In this document: in pieces, positions 45,013 through 54,185 of the stretch
Layout of the letters: each line of letters opens with the position of its first letter
How positions within the stretch are numbered: the stretch's first letter is position 1
NCBI GenBank assembly: GCA_963755425.1
Contig: CAVWJI010000004.1
Coordinates: forward strand, 61,621-125,620
DNA: 64,000 bases
Reading direction: 5' to 3'
Source of the DNA: an uncultured Gemmatimonadales bacterium
GTDB taxonomy: Bacteria > Gemmatimonadota > Gemmatimonadetes > Gemmatimonadales > GWC2-71-9
Translations under genes and position numbers: made by a program
Notes under the pieces: generated by a model
Told to the model about the DNA's origin: nothing
Database searches by the model: none
The model's input: only the letters and a program-made list of their open reading frames with translations

Positions 45013-47841
45013 TCACGGCGCCGGCGTTTCCGGCAACAGGATGAATCGCGCCGTTCGCGCCGGATCGAAGAACTGGCGCGCCGCCGCCTGGACCCCCGCC
45101 GCCGTCACCGCGTCGAGCCGCCTGCTCCAGTCGAGGATACCGCTCAGCGGCTGGCCGGCGTCGTGTCCGTCGGGCGACGTGTATTCCGACAGCTCCTGGA
45201 GCCACCAGTCGTTGGTCTTGACCGCCACTTCGGTGGACTGCCTGACCTGCGCCATGACCTTCTCCAGTTCGTCCGCCGTCGGGCCGGTGCGTTGCAGCGA
45301 ATCGATCAGCTGCCGTGCGGCGGCCCACATCGTGTCGGCCTTGTCCGGCGCCGAGGTGAACGCGATCACCGCGGTGTAAGCCGGGTGTGGCGCCAGGGCG
45401 ACGTCGACGTTCACGGTGACGCTGTACGTCGCCCCCATCGCCTCCCGCAGCCGGTCCAGCAGGCGTTGCTGCAACACCTGGCCGGCGATTGCGGCGTTCA
45501 GGCGGGTCGCGACGTCCGTCGCCGCCGGCGTGCCGGTGAAGGCCACCACCTCGTGCGCCACCGGTTCCTTTCCCTTGTGCACCGTCCGCTCCACCACCGA
45601 GTCGGGCGGTCGCGGCTCGATGTCCCGCCAGGTGCGATGCTGTGGCGTGGCCGGGAGCCCCCCCAGCCAGTGCGCCACCAGCGGCCGGAGCGAATCGACG
45701 TTCACCGCGCCGACGATCACGAACGTCGCGTCGCCGAAATCGGAAAAGAAGCCGCGATAGAGCGCCAATGCCTGGCGGGGATCGACCTGGTTGAACCGCT
45801 CGACCGAGAGTGGCTGTGCCCGCGGAGAATGATCGGCCATCACCACCTCGACGGTGTCCTGCATCGCCGTCGTCGGCGCCAGATCGCGATTGGCCAGCTG
45901 GGTGCGGACCGCGCTCTGCAACGCGGCCGCGGCCGTCGAGTCGTAGCGCGGTGCCGTCACCCGGAGCCAGAGCAGTTCGAGTGCACTCTCCAGATCCTTC
46001 GGCGCGGTGATCGCCACCAGGTCGCTGCTGGTCTCATCGGCGGTGGGGAACACCTGCGCGAGCTTTCCCGCCATTCGCCGGTTCAGCGACGGTGCGTCGA
46101 ACGCTCCGGCGCCGCCCGCCATGGCAAACGGCACCGCCAGCTGCGCGTCGAGCAGCAGGCTGTCGGGAATGGTCGAATAGCCCCCGGGAATGTCGGCGGC
46201 GATCAGGATCTGGTCGGCCTTGAAATCGGTCGGTTTGACCAGCACCCTGACGCCGTTCGACAGTTTCCAGTCGGTCACGCCGACGTCGCGGTCCATCGTT
46301 GCCGACACGATCCGTCCGGGTGCCGGCGGTTGGGCGACGAGCTGTGCCGCCAACGCCGTTTCGGTCCATGGCGCGGTGGTCAGGGTGTCGGTCTCGCGCA
46401 CGATCGCCCGGAGCGAATCGGCGCTCGGCAATGTGCCGCTGCTCCGGGCCGGCGCGGTGAGCGCGATGAACCGGTCATTGCCCTGCGATGCGTCGTGGAT
46501 CGCGGCGTTCATCTCATCGACGGTGATGGTGGGCAGCATGCGACGCGTCAGGGCCAGTTCCTCCGCAGCCGAGATGGTGATGTCACCGTTGAGGAACGCG
46601 TTGATGTAGTCGCCGACGAGCGCGCCGGATTCGGTGTGATTCTCCTCCGCGGCGGCGTCTTCCACGTCCCGCTCGATGGTGGCCTTGGCGCGGTCGAGTT
46701 CGGCGGGGAGCACGCCGTGCTGGTCGAAACGGCGCAGTTCGGTGAGGGCAGCCCGGAACGCCTCGGCGCTCCGGCCGTCCTTGGCCGACACGCCGAGAGC
46801 GAAGACGCTGATGTCCCGGATCAGGCGCGAGGGTCCGAACGACATCCCGGTGTACGGCACCGCCGGATTCTGCACCAGCGTCGCGATGCGCTGCCCGGCG
46901 ATATCGGCGAACAGCTGGTAGATCAGGTCGCGTCGCTCGTCGGCTTCGGTCTGGAACACCACCGTCGGACGCCGGATCAGGAGCTGGACGCTGGTGCCGG
47001 TGAGTTCCGAATCCGTGATCACGGCCACGCGCGTGCCGGCGATGTCCGGCACCGAGGCGTCGGTACGTGCCCGCTCGTTGGCGGGATTGCGCATCCCGGC
47101 AAAGTGGGACTCGATCAGCGCGCGGATCGAGTCGACCGGGAAGTCGCCCACCGCCACGATCCCCATCAGGTCGGGCCGGTACCAGTCGTGATAGAACCGC
47201 TTCAATTGCGACGGCTCGGCGTGCGCAATGATCGCGGTGTCGCCGATCGGGAGACGCGATGCGTAGCGCGAACCCTGAAAGAGCAAGGGAAACTCGCGGT
47301 CGCGCACCCGGCTGCCGGCGCCCAGACCGCTGCGCCATTCACCCAATACCACGCCACGTTCCGCCGCCACTTCACTGGAATCGAACTGGTCGCCCATCGC
47401 CCAGTCCTGCAGCACGTCGAACGCCCGGGGCACCACGCCGGCGCTGTCGGTCGGTACCGGCAGGATGTAGATCGTCTGGTCGAACGACGTTTCGGCATTG
47501 AGGTCGGCCCCGAAACGCACGCCGATCGATTCGAGGTACTGCACCAGGTCGTTCCGGGCGAAGTGCGTGGTGCCGTTGAACGCCATGTGCTCGATGAAGT
47601 GCGCCAGGCCGCGCTGGTCGTCGCTCTCGAGAATCGAGCCCGCGTGGACCACCAGCCGCAGCTCCAGCCGGTGCGCCGGATAGCTGTTGTGCCGGATCCA
47701 GTACCGGAGGCCGTTGGGGAGCTTGCCAGCATGGACGGCACTGTCGCGTTGCAGAATGGGACTCTGGGCGGCGGCGGGATCGGCAGAGAGCCGCCAACGC
47801 CACCAGGCCGCAGCCCGCGGCGGCGCGAAGCGCACGGCCAA
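45013..47841 (-). CDS. Large (double-length) M16 insulinase-family zinc peptidase
   Basis: HFIEHMAFNGT (HxxEH) motif across four M16 half-domains. The TTG-initiated N-terminus lacks a signal peptide, but a good one sits in another frame starting at 47881 (see findings). Confidence 0.85.
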   Translation of the reverse strand: MAVRFAPPRAAAWWRWRLSADPAAAQSPILQRDSAVHAGKLPNGLRYWIRHNSYPAHRLELRLVVHAGSILESDDQRGLAHFIEHMAFNGTTHFARNDLVQYLESIGVRFGADLNAETSFDQTIYILPVPTDSAGVVPRAFDVLQDWAMGDQFDSSEVAAERGVVLGEWRSGLGAGSRVRDREFPLLFQGSRYASRLPIGDTAIIAHAEPSQLKRFYHDWYRPDLMGIVAVGDFPVDSIRALIESHFAGMRNPANERARTDASVPDIAGTRVAVITDSELTGTSVQLLIRRPTVVFQTEADERRDLIYQLFADIAGQRIATLVQNPAVPYTGMSFGPSRLIRDISVFALGVSAKDGRSAEAFRAALTELRRFDQHGVLPAELDRAKATIERDVEDAAAEENHTESGALVGDYINAFLNGDITISAAEELALTRRMLPTITVDEMNAAIHDASQGNDRFIALTAPARSSGTLPSADSLRAIVRETDTLTTAPWTETALAAQLVAQPPAPGRIVSATMDRDVGVTDWKLSNGVRVLVKPTDFKADQILIAADIPGGYSTIPDSLLLDAQLAVPFAMAGGAGAFDAPSLNRRMAGKLAQVFPTADETSSDLVAITAPKDLESALELLWLRVTAPRYDSTAAAALQSAVRTQLANRDLAPTTAMQDTVEVVMADHSPRAQPLSVERFNQVDPRQALALYRGFFSDFGDATFVIVGAVNVDSLRPLVAHWLGGLPATPQHRTWRDIEPRPPDSVVERTVHKGKEPVAHEVVAFTGTPAATDVATRLNAAIAGQVLQQRLLDRLREAMGATYSVTVNVDVALAPHPAYTAVIAFTSAPDKADTMWAAARQLIDSLQRTGPTADELEKVMAQVRQSTEVAVKTNDWWLQELSEYTSPDGHDAGQPLSGILDWSRRLDAVTAAGVQAAARQFFDPARTARFILLPETPAP

Positions 47842-47934
47842 GCGGACGCGCCCGGCCGACGGCGATGCAGCGGGATGGCATGATGATGTCCATGATGAGG
47901 TCGATTCAAGCTAGCGCGGCGCCGGACGAGGTCG

Positions 47935-48732
47935 CTATACGGAGAGTTCCGTCACCGCCGGCGAGCCGTACCGCGCGCCCCCCACCATGCAGCGCAGGTT
48001 CGGCGCGATCCGGACCGATGTGGCCACATGGGTGTGCCCGGCGAGGACCGTCACGTCGTGTCCCGGGTGCGCGGCGGCGAAACGGGACAGCACGGCTCCG
48101 GTTGCCCCGCACACCAGGAGGGGGAGCCACTCGGGACCGGCCAGGTGCCCCCGGGCGGGAAGCGCCTCGACGAATGGGGGGACGTGGGTGGCCGCGACGA
48201 TGCGCCGATAGTCGGCGGCAGCTCGCTCGAGGAGCACTCCCAGGCGGGCGGCGTCCGCCTCGGCCAGCACCTTCCTCACGGCCAGCTTCCCCGACCGGTT
48301 CGGTTCGGCCGCCAACTCCGCGATAAGGCGATCGTCGTTGAGCACCAGCGGCGTTCCGAGCGGGTCGCCGAAGGCGCCGTCTGCCCAGCCATCCACCCCG
48401 ATCAGGGCCGTCACGTCATCGAGGGGGACCACACCAGCCGGCGGCAGCCACTTGACCTGATCGGTCAAATCGGTCAAATCGATAACGCTGTCGCGAGTCG
48501 AGGCGACGCTGCCGTGGTAGTGGTCGTGATTCCCGAGCACGAGGTAGACAGGGCGCCGAGCAGCGTCTGCGAGCCAGGTGAGGTCGGCGACCAGGCGAGG
48601 CGCCAGCGACGTGTCCCCGGTCACGATGACCATTTCGGCCCGGCCGTGACGCAATGCGGCGCACAGGGCCTCGCGGCGCTCCTCGGTGGCGTGGTCGAGG
48701 TGCAGGTCGGTGGCCCACGCGATCAGCGGCAT
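47935..48732 (-). CDS. Calcineurin-like metallophosphoesterase
   Basis: DLHLD, GDT.., and GNHDH motifs. I chose the start at MPLIAWATDLHL. Confidence 0.75.
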   Translation of the reverse strand: MPLIAWATDLHLDHATEERREALCAALRHGRAEMVIVTGDTSLAPRLVADLTWLADAARRPVYLVLGNHDHYHGSVASTRDSVIDLTDLTDQVKWLPPAGVVPLDDVTALIGVDGWADGAFGDPLGTPLVLNDDRLIAELAAEPNRSGKLAVRKVLAEADAARLGVLLERAAADYRRIVAATHVPPFVEALPARGHLAGPEWLPLLVCGATGAVLSRFAAAHPGHDVTVLAGHTHVATSVRIAPNLRCMVGGARYGSPAVTELSV

Positions 48733-48797
48733 CCGGGGAAAGTACTGTGCTGAACCACTTTTTCCGGCGCGCTGGGGGCCCTGACCTTGTGCCAATG

Positions 48798-48816
48798 GTC
48801 AATTTATCGTCAATTT
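48798..48816 (+). promoter_or_regulatory. Tandem GTCAATTT direct repeat with 11-bp phasing upstream of the OMP gene
   Basis: GTCAATTTatcGTCAATTT, 55-73 nt upstream of the 48871 start. It is AT-rich in a GC-rich genome. Confidence 0.4.
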
Positions 48817-48870
48817 GTTACCTGACCCGGTTGTCATTTCCAGTCTCACCCATAGGTCGGAGGTCCCTGC

Positions 48871-49422
48871 ATGTCCTTTTCCTACCTGCGTGGTCTCGCC
48901 GCTGGTGCTGCCGCCGCGACGGCGCTCGTCGCCTTCCAACCGTCGACCGCACGCGCCCAGGCCCAGACCTCCGGCACCCGGTTCGGCGTCGAGGCGGCGC
49001 TGGGCACGAACAACAACGTCGGGATCGGCGTCGGCGCGTTCATCAAGTTCCACCTGGCCGAGATCAGCGAGCATCCGATCACCGGCCGGGCCACCTTCGA
49101 CTACTTCTTCCCGAGCAGCAGCAATTTCGGCGGCTACAGCGCGCACTACTGGCAGATCGAGGCCGACGGCCTGTACGACATCGTCAACAAGTCGAGCAAC
49201 ACCAAGCCGTACGTCGGCGCCGGCCTGACCTACTCGAAGTGGTCCTATGGCGGCGGCTACTGCGACCTCTTCGGCATCAGCTGCAGCACCAGCTGGACCG
49301 GGCTCGATGTCGTCGGCGGCCTGAACTTCATGGCGAACTCGAAGTTGATGCCGTTCGTCGAGGCCAAGCTCGACATCAGCGGCGGCAGTGAGTTCCTGAT
49401 TCGCGCCGGCATTCACTTCTAG
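48871..49422 (+). CDS. Small outer-membrane beta-barrel protein (OmpW/OmpA-barrel-like)
   Basis: Signal peptide ..STARAQAQ, an alternating amphipathic strand pattern, and a C-terminal ..LIRAGIHF. Confidence 0.7.
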   Translation: MSFSYLRGLAAGAAAATALVAFQPSTARAQAQTSGTRFGVEAALGTNNNVGIGVGAFIKFHLAEISEHPITGRATFDYFFPSSSNFGGYSAHYWQIEADGLYDIVNKSSNTKPYVGAGLTYSKWSYGGGYCDLFGISCSTSWTGLDVVGGLNFMANSKLMPFVEAKLDISGGSEFLIRAGIHF

Positions 49423-49449
49423 TCTTCGCCGCAAGCTACCTGCAACACC

Positions 49450-49487
49450 ACGAACGGGAGTCGCTCACGCGAGCGGCTCCCGTTCGT
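49450..49487 (+). terminator. Hairpin after the first OMP gene
   Basis: acgaacgggag..(inner cgctc/gagcg)..ctcccgttcgt, an 11-bp outer stem plus a 5-bp inner stem. Confidence 0.6.
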
Positions 49488-49552
49488 CCGGTCACGTCTG
49501 CAACCACTGCCCGTCTCCGCGCGTACCCACGACAATCCTCTCCGGAGTCGAC

Positions 49553-50068
49553 GTGATCAGGACCGTATCACGCGCCGCGGCAGTCATCGCGCTTGCCGCC
49601 GCTCTTCCCCGTGCCGCCAACGCCCAGATCGGCATCATCGCCCAGGCCGACCACGGCAGCAAGGTTTCCGGCGCCCCGGCCTGGGGCGCTGGCGGCGGCA
49701 TCCGCTTTCCCCTCGGCTACTGGTCGCAGCGCAGCGGCTTCTTCGGCGAGATCACCTTCGACTGGTTCGTTCCGGGAAGGACCACGGTCAACGGAGCCAC
49801 GGTCTCGCAGACCTACTGGGAAGCGAACTTCGACGGCGTCATCGATCTCAAGCCGGCGCGCTGGCTCTTCGTGGGAACCGGCCTCGACTTCACCGACCTC
49901 ACGCTCAATACCGGCAACGTCGCCGCGCCGTACGGCGGCAGCGAGCTGGGCGTCAACCTGATCGGCGGCATCACGCTCGGGAATCGTCACGGCGCGCCGT
50001 TCCTGCAGGCGCGCTACGAGCTGGGCGGCGGCAAGCAGTTCGTGGCCAGCGCCGGGTTGCATTTCTAG
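49553..50068 (+). CDS. Paralogous small outer-membrane beta-barrel protein
   Basis: Signal peptide ..PRAANAQ. It shares blocks with 48871..49422 (YWEANFDG/YWQIEADG, and C-terminal FVASAGLHF/LIRAGIHF). Confidence 0.7.
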   Translation: MIRTVSRAAAVIALAAALPRAANAQIGIIAQADHGSKVSGAPAWGAGGGIRFPLGYWSQRSGFFGEITFDWFVPGRTTVNGATVSQTYWEANFDGVIDLKPARWLFVGTGLDFTDLTLNTGNVAAPYGGSELGVNLIGGITLGNRHGAPFLQARYELGGGKQFVASAGLHF

Positions 50069-50811
50069 CCGGCCGCCGCCTCGACGAAGGCCTCGAACAG
50101 CCGCCCCACGCTTGCGGCGCCGGGGGCGAACGATTCCGGATGCCACTGCACCGCCACGGCGAAGTTGTCACCGGGCAGCTCCGCGCCTTCGATCAGGCCA
50201 TCCGCGGCAATCGCCGCCGGGATCAGCCGCCCACCGAGTTCCCGCACGCCCTGATGATGCATCGAGTTGACCGGCAGGTTGCCGGCGCCGAGGGCCTCGG
50301 CGAGGCGCGTGGCGGGACGGACATCGACGTCGTGGGAGAGGTGGTCTCGCGACCATCCGGCGGTGGGGAAGTAGTCGTGCTTGATGGAATCGGGCCGCTC
50401 GGTGGCGATGTCCTGCCAGAGCGTGCCGCCGGCGGCCACCGCGAGAATCTGCAGTCCGCGACAGAGGCCGAGGAACGGTTTGCCGTCTTTCACCGCCCAG
50501 GTGGACAGTTGCAGTTCCACCGCGTCGCGGGCGGGATCGATGCGGCCCAGCGCCGGGTGCGGTGCTTCGCCGTAGCGCGCCGGATCGATATCGACCCCGC
50601 CCGGTACCAGCACGCCATCGAGCCGGTCGTAGATGGCCCGGAGCGTGTCGGGGTCGTCGTCGACCAGCGGAATCAGCACCGGGAGGCCTCCGGCGTGGCG
50701 TACCGCGGTGACGTAGCGCTGGTTCATGACCCACGACGCCGGCAGGTCGCCGGGTATGTGCTCGATGGCGTGGAGCGTCTGCGTGGTGACGCCGATCAGG
50801 GGACGCCTCAT
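50065..50811 (-). CDS. Class I glutamine amidotransferase-like / peptidase C26 (gamma-glutamyl hydrolase, PuuD-like)
   Basis: GLCRG nucleophile elbow, followed by HH and WHPE motifs. It has an ATGA overlap with the upstream ligase gene. Confidence 0.8.
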   Translation of the reverse strand: MRRPLIGVTTQTLHAIEHIPGDLPASWVMNQRYVTAVRHAGGLPVLIPLVDDDPDTLRAIYDRLDGVLVPGGVDIDPARYGEAPHPALGRIDPARDAVELQLSTWAVKDGKPFLGLCRGLQILAVAAGGTLWQDIATERPDSIKHDYFPTAGWSRDHLSHDVDVRPATRLAEALGAGNLPVNSMHHQGVRELGGRLIPAAIAADGLIEGAELPGDNFAVAVQWHPESFAPGAASVGRLFEAFVEAAAG

Positions 50812-51917
50812 GATCGCACGCCTTCGGCGGTCTCGCGCACCAGCTGGTCGACCACGGCCCGGAGGTCACCGGTGGCGCGCCACGTGGCTTCCTGCCGGTC
50901 GGCGCTGGTGCCTTCCTGCAGCAGCCGGAACGCGTAACCCACTTCGGCGGTACTCCCCAGTTCCTCCACCACGTCGCCAATGAACCATTCGAGCAGTTCG
51001 CGGATCAGTTCGCGCGCCGGAAGCTCGACACCCTTGCCGAAATCGATCATCCGTCCGTCCAGTCCGAAGCGAAGCGCCCGCCACTTGTTCTCTTCGATCA
51101 GGCTGGGCGAGTACTGGCGGAACGACATGTTGTCGCGGCGCAGCTTCCACAGCTTGGCGATGATCGCCTGGAAGATCGCCGCGATGCACACCGCCTCGTC
51201 GACCCGGGTGCAGACGTCACAGACCCGGAACTCGAGGGTGGGGAACTTGTGGTGCGGGCGGACGTCCCACCAGAGCTTGCTGGCGTCCGGGATCGACCCG
51301 GTGGCCACCATGACGTCGACGAATTCCTTGTAGTCCGACCAGGAATTCATCGTGCGCGGCACGCCGGTGCGGGGGAACGACCGGAAGACGATGCTGCGAT
51401 ACGACTTGAGTCCGGTGTGGCGTCCCATCCAGAACGGCGACGAGGTCGACAGCGCCAGCACGTGCGGCAGGAAATAGCGGCAGGCATTCATGGCGTCGAT
51501 GCGGAACTCCGGATCTTCGATGCCGATGTGGACGTGGGTGCCGAAGATGAGCAGCGCCTGCGCCAGCTCCTGCAGATCTTCCTTGACGCCGATGTAGCGC
51601 TCCAGCGGTGTGATCTCCTGGTCGATCCACGACGAAAACGGGTGGGTTCCCGCCGCGGCGATCACCAGGCCGTTCTTGGCTGCCACGTCCATCACCATGC
51701 GGCGCAGCCGCACCAGCTCGGCCTTCGCCTCCGCCGGCGTGTGACAGACCTGGGTGCCGATCTCGACCATCGACTGGTGCAGTTCGGGTTTGATCTCGCC
51801 GAGGATGACCGAGTCCTCCTTGAGGATCTCCGTGATGTAGCTGCGCAGTTCCCGGGTGACCGGATCGATGATCTGGTATTCCTCTTCGATGCCGATGGTG
51901 AGCGATGGGGCTTTCAC
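50808..51917 (-). CDS. Carboxylate-amine ligase, glutamate-cysteine ligase family 2 (YbdK-like)
   Basis: SLTIGIEEEYQIID.. plus GTHVHIG motifs. I chose the GTG start at 51917, with GGGAG 7 nt upstream. The ORF track starts at 51962. Confidence 0.8.
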   Translation of the reverse strand: MKAPSLTIGIEEEYQIIDPVTRELRSYITEILKEDSVILGEIKPELHQSMVEIGTQVCHTPAEAKAELVRLRRMVMDVAAKNGLVIAAAGTHPFSSWIDQEITPLERYIGVKEDLQELAQALLIFGTHVHIGIEDPEFRIDAMNACRYFLPHVLALSTSSPFWMGRHTGLKSYRSIVFRSFPRTGVPRTMNSWSDYKEFVDVMVATGSIPDASKLWWDVRPHHKFPTLEFRVCDVCTRVDEAVCIAAIFQAIIAKLWKLRRDNMSFRQYSPSLIEENKWRALRFGLDGRMIDFGKGVELPARELIRELLEWFIGDVVEELGSTAEVGYAFRLLQEGTSADRQEATWRATGDLRAVVDQLVRETAEGVRS

Positions 51918-51975
51918 GAGGACACTCCCGGCTCGGTCGAGCTCGCCGCGGGCAGGACGCATGCGCCGATGCGGC

Positions 51976-52428
51976 TCATGCGAAGATCCGCGGGTCGAAG
52001 GTGAACTTCCGCTGCCGCTTCAATTTCACCTGACCGAACCGCGGATGCACTGGATTGATGAGGAGATTCCACTCTTCCGCCGCCGGCGCCGATGGCACCA
52101 GCAGCGCCAGCGTCTTGCCTGCCGCCCGCCACGCGTCGCCGGCGGTGCGGCAGGTGGCGTGCTCCGGCACCCTCGCCCAGGTGGCGGGAAGCCGCTTGAC
52201 GTCGAGGCGGTCGATGGCGGCGTCAGGCACCGAAACCTCGAGCACGTAGAGGTCCCGCGGCGCATCCTGCACGTCGACATGGACCAGCAGCTCGAGTGCC
52301 GCCAGGGCACGGCTCGACGAGCAGTAGATGACCGGCCGCCCGGCGGTATTCCACCGCCCGCCGTAGAGCCGCGCCCCTTCGCCATCGAGTGCCCGATGGG
52401 CGCGCCGGCAGATGCGATACGCCAGCAT
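51976..52428 (-). CDS. RES-domain toxin (NAD+-targeting RES-Xre/MbcT-ParT family)
   Basis: 150 aa with R..GGRWN..(Y)CS..ALAALE, the spacing typical of RES domains. Confidence 0.8.
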   Translation of the reverse strand: MLAYRICRRAHRALDGEGARLYGGRWNTAGRPVIYCSSSRALAALELLVHVDVQDAPRDLYVLEVSVPDAAIDRLDVKRLPATWARVPEHATCRTAGDAWRAAGKTLALLVPSAPAAEEWNLLINPVHPRFGQVKLKRQRKFTFDPRIFA

Positions 52429-52430
52429 GC

Positions 52431-52868
52431 TCAGCTGTACACGCCGTGCTCGATACGCCCCAGCACGCGCTCCACCGCCTGCGCCCCGGCGTCGCTGTCG
52501 AGCAGATGGAGCGGAATCCGGCCACCCAGGGCACGATTGGCCTTGCCCATCCAGCGATTGGCGGCGTCGCGATCGCCCAGCGCCTCTTGCGCTCGCACGA
52601 CCACCCGGACCAGGCGTGCCAGACGGTCCGACTCTTCCGCCGAGAGCGGTGCGCCGGACGTGCGTTTCCGTTGCAGCGTTCGCGCGCTGCCCACCACGCG
52701 GTAGAGCTCCTGCTGGGTGCCGAGGCCCGGGGTGAACGCCTGCAGGACGTGGTCGAGCGAGCCCGCGGGCAGCCCCTTGCGGACCACGTCGGCAAGTTCG
52801 ATCTCGGAGCTGACCGTGCGGTGCAGCACCGCGTAGCCACCGAGTTGTTCCGCGACGCGCCATGTCAT
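52431..52868 (-). CDS. Xre/MbcA/ParS-type antitoxin (DUF2384)
   Basis: ..LSAEESDRLARLVRVVVRAQEALGDRDAANRWMGKANRALGGRIPLHLLDSDAGAQAV.. matches the DUF2384 C-terminal domain. It lies 2 nt upstream of the RES gene. Confidence 0.8.
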   Translation of the reverse strand: MTWRVAEQLGGYAVLHRTVSSEIELADVVRKGLPAGSLDHVLQAFTPGLGTQQELYRVVGSARTLQRKRTSGAPLSAEESDRLARLVRVVVRAQEALGDRDAANRWMGKANRALGGRIPLHLLDSDAGAQAVERVLGRIEHGVYS

Positions 52869-52972
52869 GCTGCCTCCCCGGGCCGGAGCCGCTGCGCCAT
52901 TTGACGCTTTGATTTTACCCATTTGGCGCGCCGGCGGCAACCCGCGGGCGGCATGCCGGCGCCCGCCGGCCG

Positions 52973-53034
52973 GCTACTCCCGCCGCGCCACCACGAACGT
53001 CGGCACCGTCGAGCCGCCGCCAGCGGTGACGTTC
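52973..53034. repeat. Orphan copy of the last 19 codons + stop of the circularly permuted ATP-grasp gene (left boundary repeat of islet 1)
   Basis: 59 of 62 nt are identical to 57545-57606. Translated on the minus strand it gives the identical peptide NVTAGGGSTVPTFVVARRE*. Confidence 0.9.
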
Positions 53035-53143
53035 CGGGTTGCGGCTAGTCATCTTGCGTGGTAGTTATGACGCGACACCGCCAACGTGCTGGCCCGGTGC
53101 CGCTCGTAACTCGGGGGTCCAAGTTTACATGCGGGAGAAAGCT

Positions 53144-54001
53144 ATGCCGCATCTGGACGGTCCGGGGGCGCCCATACTTGTCATCGTCGACGATGAGGAC
53201 GACCGGAATTCACTCCGGAGTGAACTCGGGTCGCGCTGCCGCGTGCTGACGCCGGCGACCGCCGAAGCGGCCCTGGTAAATGCGCTGATTCCAGCTCCCA
53301 GATGGGTTGTGATGGACACGTTTACCGCGGCCTCGTCGATCCCTGCGGTGCTTCGCTTACACTGCCAATACGGCACGCGCCTCATTCTGCGACCGAGGGC
53401 CGTCAGCAGGTCCTTGATGGCCATCCGGTCGCTGATTGATTCGGGCCTCCCAGTCAGTATTGCACTGCAGCCGGTTCGAGGGGTCGGGGCGGGCATCGCA
53501 GCGCTGCTTGCCGATCCCGATCCCGGGCCCGTTACCGCGATGCTTCGCGTCGCACTCCCGCTGCGCGACGAACGGGTCTGGCAATACGTCGCCGTCGCCG
53601 CCGCCGCTGGGCGGGATGGCGCGAGCGTCACGCGCTATGCGGCATTCTTCGGGGAGGCGGTGCGAACGGTCGAACTCCATTGTCATCGGCTCGGATTGCC
53701 GTCACCCCGACGACTTCTCGATTGGACCAGATGTATCTGGGGTCTCTGGCGCCTTCAGCGTTGGGAGTGGACGCTGAAGCGTGCCTCGGCGATGGCTGGT
53801 TTTCACGACCGGAACGGCCTCAATCGTTGCTTGCGCCGATTGAGGCTCATGCGGTTCGGCGATCGGAATTCACCCGACCCGATCGAACGGGCGCTCACGC
53901 TGTTCGCGATGTCGCTGACGCCTCCGCCTCCCCCCCCAGCCCCCCGGGGGTGGCGCCCGAACCCCGCCCAATGGGCCGACCGCGCTGGGGGCTGCGGATA
54001 A
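53144..54001 (+). CDS. Regulator: degenerate receiver-like N-terminal domain + AraC-type HTH C-terminal domain
   Basis: ILVIVDDEDD and WVVMD resemble REC beta1/beta3 acidic residues, but no lysine is present in the domain. The C-terminus (..ELHCHRLGLPSPRRLL..ASAMAGFHDRNGLNRCLRR) fits the AraC HTH pair. The ATG is preceded by GGGAGAAAG. Confidence 0.6.
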   Translation: MPHLDGPGAPILVIVDDEDDRNSLRSELGSRCRVLTPATAEAALVNALIPAPRWVVMDTFTAASSIPAVLRLHCQYGTRLILRPRAVSRSLMAIRSLIDSGLPVSIALQPVRGVGAGIAALLADPDPGPVTAMLRVALPLRDERVWQYVAVAAAAGRDGASVTRYAAFFGEAVRTVELHCHRLGLPSPRRLLDWTRCIWGLWRLQRWEWTLKRASAMAGFHDRNGLNRCLRRLRLMRFGDRNSPDPIERALTLFAMSLTPPPPPPAPRGWRPNPAQWADRAGGCG

Positions 54002-54185
54002 GTAGCAAACCTTGCGGATTGTGCCGCAGTCCAACGGCGCGGCTCCGGTTGCGGGATCGGCGACCTGACCGTATCGTGTTCAATCGGTCGGGTCGTTCAT
54101 GGTTCCGGCCCGCCGTACGAGCTAACATTGCTTTCACATCCATCTACTCACACGGAGGATTCAATGCGCAACACGTAAGGAGTGG

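Noticed and set aside
44638-47883. A 1081-aa plus-strand ORF, the longest in the track.
   Set aside because: It is antisense to a well-supported M16 peptidase gene. The translation is Arg/Gly/Ala/Pro-rich low-complexity sequence with no recognisable motifs. This is a typical shadow ORF of high-GC DNA.
54001-54011. An 11-mer, aagtagcaaac, shared between 54000-54011 and 60616-60627. Both sites are intergenic and near islet or operon edges.
   Set aside because: Hundreds of 11-mer coincidences are expected by chance in a 64-kb window, and the similarity does not extend into the flanks.
53895-54143. An 82-aa minus-strand ORF inside islet 1, between the regulator and the peptide gene.
   Set aside because: It is Arg-rich, overlaps the regulator's 3' end in antisense, and has no SD or signal features. 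It is unlikely to be coding.
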